From a virus: a stretch of 64,000 bases of DNA. The notes beneath the pieces are model-generated. The model made no database searches. It was given only the letters and a program-made list of their open reading frames with translations, and was not told the origin of the DNA. Location of the stretch: IMG/VR virus record IMGVR_UViG_3300031951_000034, positions 67,289 to 131,288 of that record; one strand, written 5' to 3'. The first letter of the stretch is position 1. Every line of letters starts with the position of its first letter. The translations under genes were made by a program, and so were the position numbers. This document shows positions 17,569 to 27,568 of this stretch, piece by piece.

Positions 17569-20328
17569 ATGAGAGTAAAACAATCTACGTGGAGAAACAC
17601 AAGTTCTCCGATATTTCTGAGAAAAGAATGCACAGAGACTGCACCGACTGGCGACTTCCAGAAATCAGGCAATGAATTAATTATGAAAATAGCAAGAGCT
17701 CACAATATTCCAATATTGTTAACTCTTGACGCACACTTTGTGAACAAAGATCAAAAAATGGTGCAAGATCTTTTATTGCAAAATGGCAGAGATGAAGATA
17801 GTGGACTTAGGTTTAGCACTAAGTACTATCAAATGAGTTCAAACCAGGCATGGGAAAAGTGGCTATCACTTCATGGAACAAGCTTTTCAAGCCACTTCCA
17901 GGAAGGAGTAGAAAGCAACCACAATCTTGCTGGTTTGTGCGAACAAATATCCCTAGAGAAGAAATATCACTTACCAGAAGTTTCTTTCCCAAGAGAGGTG
18001 ATAGAAATTTCTACCTCCTATGAAGATAAATTAAAAAATTTAATTTATTGCTTGATAGATAGCAATGGAAGAATGAAAAATACGGAAGAATATAGAAATA
18101 GATTGGACAAAGAGATCCAAGTTATTTCTAATAATGGAAAGATAAATCTACTTCCGTATTTTCTATCTCTCTATGAAATCTGTGAACAGGCTAGACAACT
18201 AGGAATATGGATTGGTGCTGGAAGAGGCAGCGCTGGTGGATGCCTTTTGGCTTACTTACTTAAAATTACTCACATCGACCCAGTTAAATATAACTTATCG
18301 TTTGAGAGATTCTTGTCTTCTGGTCGAATAAACAGAGGAAAGCTTCCCGACATAGACATAGACTTTAGTGAACCAGATAAAATAGCTGAGGCACTAAAAT
18401 CCAAGTATGGAGATAAATTTGTAAGAATTTGCACTACCGGTACAAATAAAGTAAAGAGCGCAATTAGAGACGTAAGCAGGGTGATACTAGACACCAAATT
18501 TAATGAGGCCAATAAATTGATGGTGGACAAGGTTTGCAAGACCATAAACAATGTTCCACAAGGATTTAGCGATCTCTTAAAATGGCTGCATGGATGGGAT
18601 GACGAAGAAGGTCACCACGCTGGAGAATTAGAAATAAATAAATCTCTATATAACTTCTTTGATGAGCATCCCTCCGTTCAATCCTTGGTGGAACAGATTA
18701 TTGGTATTCCAAAATCACTTGGTCGTCACGCTAGTGCTTATTGCCTATCTGACGTACCGATTAATGAAATTGTACCAGTATGTAGAATTGGAGAGGAAGA
18801 ATGCACGCAGTTTACAATGGAGGCTGTGGAATCGATGGGGTTGATTAAATTTGATCTACTTGGATTAAATACACTTAAAGACATCGGTAACTGCATACGA
18901 CTGATTAAAGAAAGACACAACAGAGAAATCGATATATACAACGTTCCAGAAGAACCAATTGTGTTTAAAGAATTCTGCAAAGGTAAAACAGAAACGGTAT
19001 TCCAATTTAATGGTCCCGTACCAACCAAGGTGTGCAGACAGATAAAGCCTAGCAGTATAATTGATTTAGCCGCAATTACGGCTGCTTGCAGACCAGGCAC
19101 AATGTATGCGTTGATGTATGACGAACAAGAAGACGAAACAACAACACTTATAGATCTATGGGTAAAGAGAAGGCAGGGTAAAAAAGAAGTCTCTTATCTA
19201 CACGAAGACCTAAAAGATATACTTTCTAATACACATGGCATTGTTTTGTTCCAAGAGCAAATATCTGCGATGTTTCAAAAATCTTGTCAGTACTCCCCAG
19301 AGCAAGCCGACGAGATTAGAGAGATAATAGGAAAGAAAAAACTCGATAAAATGAACGAGATTCTTCCAGACATTAGGAAGAGGCTCCAAGATAGAGGGTG
19401 GGATGCCACGCAAATATCCGCTTTTGTCAGTTTATGTAGGTCTAGTAGTAATTACGCGTTCAACTTAAGCCATAGCGTTGCTTATTCGTATATGGCATAT
19501 GTTTGTATGTGGCTAAAGTCTCATTACCCGCTAGAGTGGTGGACGGCTATTCTTCAAAACTCAAATCACGAAGACCTAGCTCAAAACGCTAAATACTTTT
19601 CTGAAATAGTAAAGTTACCCGATGTAAACATCAGCCAGGTAGATTTCTACATCATAGATGATTCAGATAAAAAAATAGTGTATCCATTGACTATGGTGAA
19701 GGGGGTAAAAAATGCCTCCCAAGAAGTTTTTGAGAAAGCCCCGTATTCTAGCCTCAAAGACTTTTTTGACAGAGTTGACAAAAAAGTAGTAAATAAGAGA
19801 GTTGTTAACGCATTGATCTTTGCTGGTGCTTTAGATAAATTGGCCACTGTAAAATCGAAAGATAAGGTTGAGACAAGAAATAACTTAATCCATGAGTATA
19901 ACATTCTCAGGGGAGAGAAAACTAGTAAGGTGCTATCTAAAGGCGAAATTGATATTTTAGAGAGCAAGAGCTTATGCATAGGGAGTCCCGACGTTGTTGA
20001 TTATTTCATTAGCAAAGGAATGAACTCATGCATAGACATACCAGAGGTAATGCTAACACACGAAGGATATACAGTAAAAACAGCTGGAATAATCCTGGCA
20101 GTCAAAAAAATAAAGACTAAAAAAGGTCAGGACATGTGTTTCATTGACATTGGGAACAAAGAGTTTCAGGTTAGCATTACATGCTTTCCCGAGATGTATG
20201 AACAGGTAAAAGACAATATCAATATCGACAAAGTAATATTGGTAACAGGTAAAATTAATGTATATAACGACAGAAAATCAATTATAGCCGATTCAGTAAG
20301 AGTATACAACATAGACGAAATAAACTAA
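17569..20328 (+). CDS. dnaE: DNA polymerase III alpha, rest of PHP plus catalytic/HhH/OB domains
   Basis: ILLTLDAHF, GAGRGSAGG, PDIDIDF, GRHASA, IKFDLLGLNTL, GIVLFQEQ, YAFNLSHS, C-terminal OB fold. Confidence 0.92.
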   Translation: MRVKQSTWRNTSSPIFLRKECTETAPTGDFQKSGNELIMKIARAHNIPILLTLDAHFVNKDQKMVQDLLLQNGRDEDSGLRFSTKYYQMSSNQAWEKWLSLHGTSFSSHFQEGVESNHNLAGLCEQISLEKKYHLPEVSFPREVIEISTSYEDKLKNLIYCLIDSNGRMKNTEEYRNRLDKEIQVISNNGKINLLPYFLSLYEICEQARQLGIWIGAGRGSAGGCLLAYLLKITHIDPVKYNLSFERFLSSGRINRGKLPDIDIDFSEPDKIAEALKSKYGDKFVRICTTGTNKVKSAIRDVSRVILDTKFNEANKLMVDKVCKTINNVPQGFSDLLKWLHGWDDEEGHHAGELEINKSLYNFFDEHPSVQSLVEQIIGIPKSLGRHASAYCLSDVPINEIVPVCRIGEEECTQFTMEAVESMGLIKFDLLGLNTLKDIGNCIRLIKERHNREIDIYNVPEEPIVFKEFCKGKTETVFQFNGPVPTKVCRQIKPSSIIDLAAITAACRPGTMYALMYDEQEDETTTLIDLWVKRRQGKKEVSYLHEDLKDILSNTHGIVLFQEQISAMFQKSCQYSPEQADEIREIIGKKKLDKMNEILPDIRKRLQDRGWDATQISAFVSLCRSSSNYAFNLSHSVAYSYMAYVCMWLKSHYPLEWWTAILQNSNHEDLAQNAKYFSEIVKLPDVNISQVDFYIIDDSDKKIVYPLTMVKGVKNASQEVFEKAPYSSLKDFFDRVDKKVVNKRVVNALIFAGALDKLATVKSKDKVETRNNLIHEYNILRGEKTSKVLSKGEIDILESKSLCIGSPDVVDYFISKGMNSCIDIPEVMLTHEGYTVKTAGIILAVKKIKTKKGQDMCFIDIGNKEFQVSITCFPEMYEQVKDNINIDKVILVTGKINVYNDRKSIIADSVRVYNIDEIN

Positions 20329-20348
20329 GACAAAAAATAAATAAATTA

Positions 20349-20525
20349 ATGAAATTGCCCCAAAATATAGAAGAAAATATCATTATATATTTAGAGGCTG
20401 CGCGATTAGCGTTAGCCGATGCAGATATATTCGACTACATAGCTGAACAACTTGATATATCAGACGATGAACTTATTGATCTTCGCGATGATCTACAGAA
20501 ATATCTCGGCTGTGTAGAGGAATAA
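20349..20525 (+). CDS. small acidic protein (58 aa, absent from ORF track)
   Basis: own translation MKLPQNIEENIIIYLEAARLALADADIFDY...CVEE; fills the gap between dnaE and the next gene. Confidence 0.6.
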   Translation: MKLPQNIEENIIIYLEAARLALADADIFDYIAEQLDISDDELIDLRDDLQKYLGCVEE

Positions 20526-20559
20526 TTAGATAAAAACAAACAACAAACACAACAAAAAT

Positions 20560-21810
20560 ATGGCACTAGGAATAAACGAAACAATACAAGGCGAAACAAA
20601 AACATCAAAACACTTAGTCTACAGAGAGGGAGTAAGAGTTCAATACACCAAAAAAGATAAAAATATAACTGCATGTATTTTACCTGCAATTGCAGATATA
20701 AATGACAAAGCTAGTTATCTTTCATACAGGCAGGAAGATGATCCTCAAATGTTTACAAAATGGGCGGTTGGATTAAAGTTTCATCCATTTGTGAACAGAG
20801 ATCAAAATATCATCAGTCCTACATCGTTCGATCATACCGCTTACGACCCAATTGATGAGTTCATTAGAGTTGCAAAAGCAGATCCAGAATATTGTGAGCT
20901 CGCTGGATTTGGCGCTGACGGAAAAAGAATGCCGAATGCGTATAAAAACCCAGATGTTAGGCTTAGCACTAAATGGTCTGGATATATTGTAAATTCAATC
21001 ATTCTTTATGATCGTGATCAAGATTCTGAAAAATCGATTCTATTGCAAATACCAAACACAGCATTTAGGCGCTCTGGCTCAGCAAAAGATGGAGGTCAGC
21101 AATGGGGACTATTATCGGAGCTAAACAGAAAAAATAGAAAAGCAGATTCTGGGTCTGCTGATAGTTATTATTGGGGGGATATAACAGACCCCAAAGCTCT
21201 GATTCCATGTAGTCTTAAACTGACACCGAACCCCGCTGGGGGTATAGCCATATACAATATGGTGCCTATTGACGATGAAGATCCAGTCAAAATCTCAAGG
21301 ACTACCCTTGAAAGTAGGTATGACCTAGACAATGTTTTATATGAAATCACTGAATCAGAAATGATAGACAGAATGGTTTATTATTTCTCTGATGTGCCCA
21401 AGCTTCTAAAGAGAGCTTATGCATCTAGGGTTCCAAACATTGATAGACTTATTACTAGCGCAAAAGCGGTCAGAGTAACAGTAGAGGATCAAGACGAGGA
21501 TAATGACACAATTGAAGAGTCTTTTGTTGCTTCTAGTAAAAAGAACAATAAAGTTGAGTCAAAATCATCATCAAAATCTATCGAAGATGAAGAGGAAATT
21601 GGAAACGAGAATACAAGAAGTTTCGCCCCAGAAGAGGATGATCTTCCAGCTCCTTCCAAAAAATCAAAAAATATAGTAGTTGACGAAGACGAAGATGAAG
21701 ATATAGATATGTCAGAAGACAAAGAAATATCAGTGCCCACAAGAAAGGTATCCAAAACTTCTTCGGCTTCAGAGTCCAAAAAAGTAAGCATTAGAGATCT
21801 AATGGATTAA
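20560..21810 (+). CDS. putative ssDNA-binding/recombination protein
   Basis: located between polymerase and RecA-like gene, long acidic C-terminal region; no family motif recognised with certainty. Confidence 0.45.
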   Translation: MALGINETIQGETKTSKHLVYREGVRVQYTKKDKNITACILPAIADINDKASYLSYRQEDDPQMFTKWAVGLKFHPFVNRDQNIISPTSFDHTAYDPIDEFIRVAKADPEYCELAGFGADGKRMPNAYKNPDVRLSTKWSGYIVNSIILYDRDQDSEKSILLQIPNTAFRRSGSAKDGGQQWGLLSELNRKNRKADSGSADSYYWGDITDPKALIPCSLKLTPNPAGGIAIYNMVPIDDEDPVKISRTTLESRYDLDNVLYEITESEMIDRMVYYFSDVPKLLKRAYASRVPNIDRLITSAKAVRVTVEDQDEDNDTIEESFVASSKKNNKVESKSSSKSIEDEEEIGNENTRSFAPEEDDLPAPSKKSKNIVVDEDEDEDIDMSEDKEISVPTRKVSKTSSASESKKVSIRDLMD

Positions 21811-21820
21811 TTTATAATCA

Positions 21821-21856
21821 AAATACGCCATAGCCCCCACTATGGCGTATTTTCTT
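21821..21856 (+). terminator. intrinsic terminator
   Basis: aaatacgccatag-loop-ctatggcgtattt. Confidence 0.75.
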
Positions 21857-21895
21857 TAACTTTTACATAATAATAACACAATCAATAATTTAAAT

Positions 21896-23266
21896 ATGCC
21901 AAGACCAAAGAAAATAAAAACAGACGAATTAGCATTAATCAACCCCATTGATCAATATTTTATGGAATCTGCTAGTTCAATTGAAGAGAAATACGGCCTA
22001 GACAGGGTTAGCTCTGCCTTAGAGGAGGACGCAAACCTAAAGTATTTAGAGGTTCCAGATCTAGGACTACAATGGAGCCTTGGAAGAAAGGGATTTGCTT
22101 TGGGCAGGGTCATGCAAGTAATGGGATCTGAGGGATCTAGTAAAACTAGTTTTGCATTATGGGTTGCCAATATTTGCATGAAGTCTGGGGGGATAGCTGC
22201 CATGATCGAGACCGAAATGGCTTCTTCCACAAGGCACATGAAAAACTATCTTAGTGATCCAGCGAGATTCAGGATTTTCCACGCAGACACTATTGAAGAT
22301 GGCCTTAAGATGACTATTGACCAATTGAATCTATTTCTTCGCATAGATCCACAAGGAGTAATACCTAAAGTTTTAATTTTTGATAGTATTGCTGGTTCCT
22401 CAGAAGCAAGAACGCAAAATGATGAAGACAACTTTATTCAAGCAAGGGTAGGTGGTTCGGCAAAGATAATTAAAGACGCCACAAATTTAATTAAATGTAA
22501 ATTAAAAGAAACAAATACTTTATGGATAGTTTTAAATCAGGGCAGAGAGTTAATTCAAACAGCCTTTGGGGGTGGATTAATCCCCGACATTGATAAGATG
22601 ATCGGTTCAGGAGGAAAAGCTATTCCCTTCGCGGCAACATATTGGCTTATTTTAAAAAGAAACGCCGCAACAAAAGAAGACGGAGCCACCTCCGGTTTTA
22701 AAGTTAAAGGTGTTTTCAAGAAGAATAAATTAGCACAGCCAGGTAGAATTTTTTACTTTAATGTAAAATGGGGAGAATCTTTTGATTTTATTGAATCCAC
22801 TACAAATCTTTTGGCTGCTGCAGTGCCTGCTCTTCCTGAAGGAGCCGACCCAAACGAACCAGTCAAGAAAGGCGGAATACTTGGATTGCAGGCTGCTAAA
22901 GGTGGCACATTTTTCAGCGAAGAGCTAAATATAGATAAAACTGAGGCAATGAAAGCTGAAGATATTTACGAACTAGCTCATAGCGAAGAATACTATAAGA
23001 GATGCCAAGAAGAGCTAGGGGTGCCAACCGAAGACACGGTAGCCACTTTTAACTATGAGGCTGCACTGCAAAATAAACACAAAGCATTTAAAAAGGCAAC
23101 AAATGAATCAAGACTTAGCACTGAACTCTCCCCATCATCAGTATCTTCACCAATCGGATCAGATGACGGGAAGCAACAAAATGATGAAATTGAGGAAAAA
23201 GGCAGCGACAATGATTTCATCCAAGATGAAGCTGGGGATCCCATCGAAGCTCTTGTCGAGCAGTGA
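21896..23266 (+). CDS. RecA/UvsX-like recombinase
   Basis: LGRVMQVMGSEGSSKT, MIETE, LIFDSIAG, IVLNQ, GGKAIPFAA, KNKLAQP. Confidence 0.85.
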   Translation: MPRPKKIKTDELALINPIDQYFMESASSIEEKYGLDRVSSALEEDANLKYLEVPDLGLQWSLGRKGFALGRVMQVMGSEGSSKTSFALWVANICMKSGGIAAMIETEMASSTRHMKNYLSDPARFRIFHADTIEDGLKMTIDQLNLFLRIDPQGVIPKVLIFDSIAGSSEARTQNDEDNFIQARVGGSAKIIKDATNLIKCKLKETNTLWIVLNQGRELIQTAFGGGLIPDIDKMIGSGGKAIPFAATYWLILKRNAATKEDGATSGFKVKGVFKKNKLAQPGRIFYFNVKWGESFDFIESTTNLLAAAVPALPEGADPNEPVKKGGILGLQAAKGGTFFSEELNIDKTEAMKAEDIYELAHSEEYYKRCQEELGVPTEDTVATFNYEAALQNKHKAFKKATNESRLSTELSPSSVSSPIGSDDGKQQNDEIEEKGSDNDFIQDEAGDPIEALVEQ

Positions 23267-23696
23267 AGATGCCTTCCTTGAGTTAAACTCGATGCTATTC
23301 TCTAATGAGTATGTAATAGAAAATTATCAGACACTATACGGAAGATTTAAATTCATATTTGACTGCTCTGACGAAAGATCATTTGAAATAAATAAAATAT
23401 CAGATATCTTTTATAAAAGCTGCAAATCGACACCTGATCATCCTTCTTTTAGAGATTTGTTTTTACATAGAAGCGAAGAGGTGTTAGAAAAATATGTAAG
23501 TCATATCTCTAGTGTATCTCAAATTGCCCTTGTACATATGAACTCTACACACGACTCTTTATACATATGCGTAAGCGATGAATTTAGCGAAAACGTGTTT
23601 GTGCCACATATTAAAATTCCAAGCAGTATTAACGGAGGTAGAGATGGATTGATAATATTTCCATTTAAGAACTTTTTAGATAATTTTAACTCATGA
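23055..23696 (+). CDS. hypothetical protein
   Basis: ORF between recombinase and resolvase; true start probably near 23263-23291. Confidence 0.5.
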   Translation: MRLHCKINTKHLKRQQMNQDLALNSPHHQYLHQSDQMTGSNKMMKLRKKAATMISSKMKLGIPSKLLSSSEDAFLELNSMLFSNEYVIENYQTLYGRFKFIFDCSDERSFEINKISDIFYKSCKSTPDHPSFRDLFLHRSEEVLEKYVSHISSVSQIALVHMNSTHDSLYICVSDEFSENVFVPHIKIPSSINGGRDGLIIFPFKNFLDNFNS

Positions 23697-24181
23697 ATAA
23701 AATATGGATAGGTTGGGATAACGGCATTGGAAATATAAGCGCTGTCTGGGAGGACAAACTTGCAGACTATAGAATAACTCCTGTAAAAAAGTGCTTAAAT
23801 TACACCAAAAAAGTTTCATACATAAATAGGCTCGATAGAAATAAGTCCAAGGAATTAATCTTATCCTGGATAGATGGATATATGCCTGTTATTTGTATAG
23901 AAAGGCCGATGGTAAATCCTGGCAGATTTAAGGCCACCGCATCAGGATTAAGAGTTCTTGAAGCACAGGAGTGTCTAATGGAGGATTTATGCTTGCCATA
24001 TAGATTTATAGACTCTAAAGAATGGCAGAAAGTTATGTTACCAGAAAATATTAAAGGACCAGAAACAAAAACTGCTTCTTTGGCTGTAGGTAAGAGACTT
24101 TTCCCCCACCTATCCGAAAAATTCAAAAATGATGCAGACTCACTTTTAATAGCTGAATACATGAGAAGAAAAAATTTTTAA
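23693..24181 (+). CDS. RuvC-like Holliday junction resolvase
   Basis: IGWDNG, ICIERP, KEWQK, DADSLLIAEY acidic tetrad pattern. Confidence 0.7.
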   Translation: MNKIWIGWDNGIGNISAVWEDKLADYRITPVKKCLNYTKKVSYINRLDRNKSKELILSWIDGYMPVICIERPMVNPGRFKATASGLRVLEAQECLMEDLCLPYRFIDSKEWQKVMLPENIKGPETKTASLAVGKRLFPHLSEKFKNDADSLLIAEYMRRKNF

Positions 24182-24184
24182 TTT

Positions 24185-24556
24185 ATGAAAGATGTAAACT
24201 TATTAAATAACTTTTCGGAATCAGAAAAAATTCCCAATTTTTTAATGTGCATAGACGAGAATGACACAGAGTATGTTTTGCATTCTGGGGCTTATCCCTG
24301 TCTAGTTAGAATAAATGGAATAGCCACTGACGAAGAAGACGATGAAGAAGACGATGATGATTACGGTGGATTAGAAGTAATCGATAAATACAAAAATCAA
24401 CAATCTAAAGACTCATTTGTTTTTGACGTAGAAGTTTTTAAAATTACTGAACTTGGGCTAAAGCCAATGGGGAGGGAAAGATCTTTAAAATCCGTAAAAG
24501 ATTTAATAGGAAGATCCATCGATTATTATATTGCACAACAAGAGCAAGAAGATTAA
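24185..24556 (+). CDS. hypothetical protein
   Basis: 123-aa ORF with an acidic patch. Confidence 0.55.
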   Translation: MKDVNLLNNFSESEKIPNFLMCIDENDTEYVLHSGAYPCLVRINGIATDEEDDEEDDDDYGGLEVIDKYKNQQSKDSFVFDVEVFKITELGLKPMGRERSLKSVKDLIGRSIDYYIAQQEQED

Positions 24557-24567
24557 TATATAAAAAT

Positions 24568-25101
24568 ATGGCTAAAAAGAAAAACAAACCACAAGATGAA
24601 TTAGAAGTAGACTCGGTAGAGTCTACCTCTACAGAAGATACAAGCGCAACTGACACTGTACAGGAAAGCTCAGAAACCCCTGTTGTAGTTGAGGCACAGC
24701 AAGAGCCATCGTTACAACCAGAAGAAACAAAAGAAGAAGTTAAGGTTCAAGAGGATGTCCCAAAAATTAAAGAGGCGTCTACTGAAAACAAAACAGTGGA
24801 ATCTGATTTCTCTACTCTTGAGTCTATCGCTAAATTTGTTACAAAAACTGATCCAACATTTGCTACCAGTTTCTTTAGCTTAAATAGGGGGTCGGAATCC
24901 CTTTTGATTAAACAAGCTGGTGGAGTTTATTGTTTCTGTCGTGTGGTGCCAAGAAGCAGAAATCAAAACGGTCAAATATGGGAGGCAGAATTTTTAACCA
25001 ATGTTCCTGCTCAGGTTCACACAAAATTGGTAAAAATCTTGAAGGATGCTGGAGTGCCTGACTCAAAGAGACAGTTCTTTAATCCATCTGGCCACCTGTA
25101 A
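24568..25101 (+). CDS. hypothetical protein
   Basis: 177-aa ORF, acidic low-complexity N-terminal half. Confidence 0.55.
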   Translation: MAKKKNKPQDELEVDSVESTSTEDTSATDTVQESSETPVVVEAQQEPSLQPEETKEEVKVQEDVPKIKEASTENKTVESDFSTLESIAKFVTKTDPTFATSFFSLNRGSESLLIKQAGGVYCFCRVVPRSRNQNGQIWEAEFLTNVPAQVHTKLVKILKDAGVPDSKRQFFNPSGHL

Positions 25102-25128
25102 TAGTTTAGATACTATAAAGGTTATTTT

Positions 25129-25155
25129 AAAAGGGGCACGTTGAGTGCCCCTTTT
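25129..25155 (+). terminator. intrinsic terminator
   Basis: aaaaggggcac-gttga-gtgcccctttt. Confidence 0.8.
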
Positions 25156-25202
25156 GCTTTTAGATGGGTATCAAATTATTGGCTATAATGAGCCATAATA
25201 AT

Positions 25203-25275
25203 ATGTAAGTAATTTACTTACATTTGTTAACAACCAACATTGCTGGTTGTTAATGAATCTGTTAACAACCAACAT
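25203..25275. promoter_or_regulatory. operator-like palindrome and repeat cluster
   Basis: atgtaagtaa-t-ttacttacat (25203-23); tgttaacaaccaacat at 25225-40 and 25260-75; inverted tggttgttaa at 25244-53. Confidence 0.5.
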
Positions 25276-25298
25276 ACAACAATAAATAAAAAAATAAA

Positions 25299-26258
25299 GT
25301 GCAACAAACACTTACAAGATCCGTGACCCACGGAAAAACTGGGTCATTAATTAATGTAAATACATACAACAAAAATCAGGTAACCATTTTGCCTGAGGAG
25401 CAAACCCAAATAGGATTTGCTCTAAAACAAGGGAACACAGTAAAGGTGGCTTCTTACAAAGTAAGAAATGGTGTTGCAAGACTCATGGGAGCGTCTTGCG
25501 GCACACCTCCTTTTATTGTGAACAAGACAGAGCAGGCCAGTGTAAACTGGGCTACTGCTGCCTTGCCATTGCCGCATGGAAATTATGTGGCTCCCAATGG
25601 AGGTAGTTGCGTTCAGACTCCAAAAGGTGTCGTGAGCAAAGCAACCGTCCCAATAAAAAGTCTTGTGACATTAACGCAAGAGCTGTTTAGACAACCCGGA
25701 GAAGATAGACTAAACTTGTTTGGTCTTGATAGCTCAGCTCAGGAAAAAACCGATGGGTGCGAAAAAGTAACCTTGAGACTAGGCAAGCTGAAGGCTTGTA
25801 TATTCACTCGGTTTCTGACGACTCTATACGGTCCATCCCCAGAAACGGCGATGTTGTTTAAAAACATCATGAACTCATTGAGGGTCATGGATAACCAGAC
25901 AATGAAAATGAATCTACTAAAGCTCTACAACTGTGTAGAGCAACACGTAGAGAAAGGAGTAAGTTCTTCGACTTCGTTGGTTAGATCGAAAAACTTTAAC
26001 TTCGGTAGACAGAGAGATAAACTACTAAAGATTGTGTCATTCCTGCCCGAGCTTGCGGGCCTGGATGACCAGTCACAAATTGACCTTTATAAGGTTAAAA
26101 ACACAAGGGAACAAATTCCACTGATCAGTGTTGTGGAAATTAACTTCCCTATGTCAGTCAGTAAAGCAGATAATGTCGGCGAAAACTTTTGCTTCCCTTC
26201 GACGTGGACAAAGTCCCCGTTTGAGGTGAGTCAAAAAGGTGAATCGGATACCTTTTAA
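25299..26258 (+). CDS. hypothetical protein
   Basis: 319-aa ORF, GTG start. Confidence 0.6.
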   Translation: MQQTLTRSVTHGKTGSLINVNTYNKNQVTILPEEQTQIGFALKQGNTVKVASYKVRNGVARLMGASCGTPPFIVNKTEQASVNWATAALPLPHGNYVAPNGGSCVQTPKGVVSKATVPIKSLVTLTQELFRQPGEDRLNLFGLDSSAQEKTDGCEKVTLRLGKLKACIFTRFLTTLYGPSPETAMLFKNIMNSLRVMDNQTMKMNLLKLYNCVEQHVEKGVSSSTSLVRSKNFNFGRQRDKLLKIVSFLPELAGLDDQSQIDLYKVKNTREQIPLISVVEINFPMSVSKADNVGENFCFPSTWTKSPFEVSQKGESDTF

Positions 26259-26297
26259 AATACCGAAAACAACTAAAACACATAAACAATAAATATT

Positions 26298-26669
26298 ATG
26301 CTTAGTCAGGTAACGAATACAGCAACAAAATTCGCGGTTAAAAATGCTCCAATTGTAGGTAAGTATGCCTTACAAGTAGGGGTGTCCACAGCTAAAACGG
26401 CAATCGGGGTGGCTACCACCTTGTGGGCCGTTGGCGCAGGAATCTGCATAGCAGAGAAAGTTAAAAATAAAGCCAGCAAACTCAGTGAGCTATTCGAAGA
26501 AAAACGGCGCAATCGGGAGCTGGAGGAATTGAAATCGTTTACGGCTTCAGGAACAGACACTGTGATCAGTGAAACTATTTCTGAGGACACTGTAAAAGAA
26601 TCGAAATTCAATGTCGCTGATGTCAAATCGATCTTTGCGAAACTGACGAAGCTTCATCAGTTAAACTGA
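26298..26669 (+). CDS. hypothetical protein
   Basis: 123-aa ORF with a hydrophobic stretch. Confidence 0.55.
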   Translation: MLSQVTNTATKFAVKNAPIVGKYALQVGVSTAKTAIGVATTLWAVGAGICIAEKVKNKASKLSELFEEKRRNRELEELKSFTASGTDTVISETISEDTVKESKFNVADVKSIFAKLTKLHQLN

Positions 26670-26721
26670 TGAAGACGCCAGTTGTCATTAAGACAGCAGA
26701 GTCTCAATAACCGCCATATTT

Positions 26722-26764
26722 ATGCGTATATACTATAAGGTTTGTCCTTATAGTATATACGTAT
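26722..26764. repeat. long intergenic inverted repeat
   Basis: cgtatatactataagg-tttgt-ccttatagtatatacg (16-bp perfect core, 26725-26761). Confidence 0.8.
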
Positions 26765-26905
26765 GGGGCGTTAAGATAACTCAATAAAAACAGCAAAATG
26801 CTATTTTTTTTGAAAAATTAAAAAAATGTGTAAGATATATATACCTTTGTGATTAATTATTTATTTTGACAAATAATTTAATTACAAAGGTTAAAACAAA
26901 ACATT

Positions 26906-27568
26906 ATGAAAAAAGACAACTTTATTTTAGCTACTGACTATAAAAATAGTTTTTTTAGCGCCGTCTTTTCTTTTGAAACAACTGTCTCTCCTATCAAGGG
27001 GCTGGACAAATATGACCTTCTTCATGCCTACATGGTAGGCGAAATAATAAAAAGGTTTGATAAAGTGTATGAAAGTGATGAACCTCGACCATTCGTAGTT
27101 CAGCATTTGCTAGACCAGGTAAAGACCGTAATAAAATCTATAAAAAACAAATCACCAAATAAAAAAATAGAAAACTCATCAGATGAAATAAAAAAAGAAT
27201 ACCCTATTGAAACAGGGCAAATAGATAAACTAATAGATGACGATACTGGATTTGTAGTTGGGACTTTTTTTGTGCCAATGATGTTGTCAGACACGTTAAA
27301 AGAATTTGATATACTTGAGTCAAAGAAAAAGAAAAATCTATGCCACATAGATATTCAAGGACAGTTTTTAAATGAATCTATAAATAATTTTTCTTTGATG
27401 TTTGACATGTTCTTTGATCTGATAAGGCAGAAAAACAACAATGACCCAAAGATAACAGAAGAAATGGTGTCAATTACAGCAGACCTACTTAAAGAGACGA
27501 TAGAGTTATCTCTTGTTTCTACGGGAGAATTTGACGCATATGCGGAACGCAAAAATCAAAAAAAATAA
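26906..27568 (+). CDS. hypothetical protein
   Basis: 220-aa ORF. Confidence 0.6.
   Translation: MKKDNFILATDYKNSFFSAVFSFETTVSPIKGLDKYDLLHAYMVGEIIKRFDKVYESDEPRPFVVQHLLDQVKTVIKSIKNKSPNKKIENSSDEIKKEYPIETGQIDKLIDDDTGFVVGTFFVPMMLSDTLKEFDILESKKKKNLCHIDIQGQFLNESINNFSLMFDMFFDLIRQKNNNDPKITEEMVSITADLLKETIELSLVSTGEFDAYAERKNQKK

Noticed and set aside
26809-26849. Bacteroidota-type promoter (TTTG ... TAccTTTG)
   Set aside because: Spacing of about 29 bp is too long for the -33/-7 consensus.
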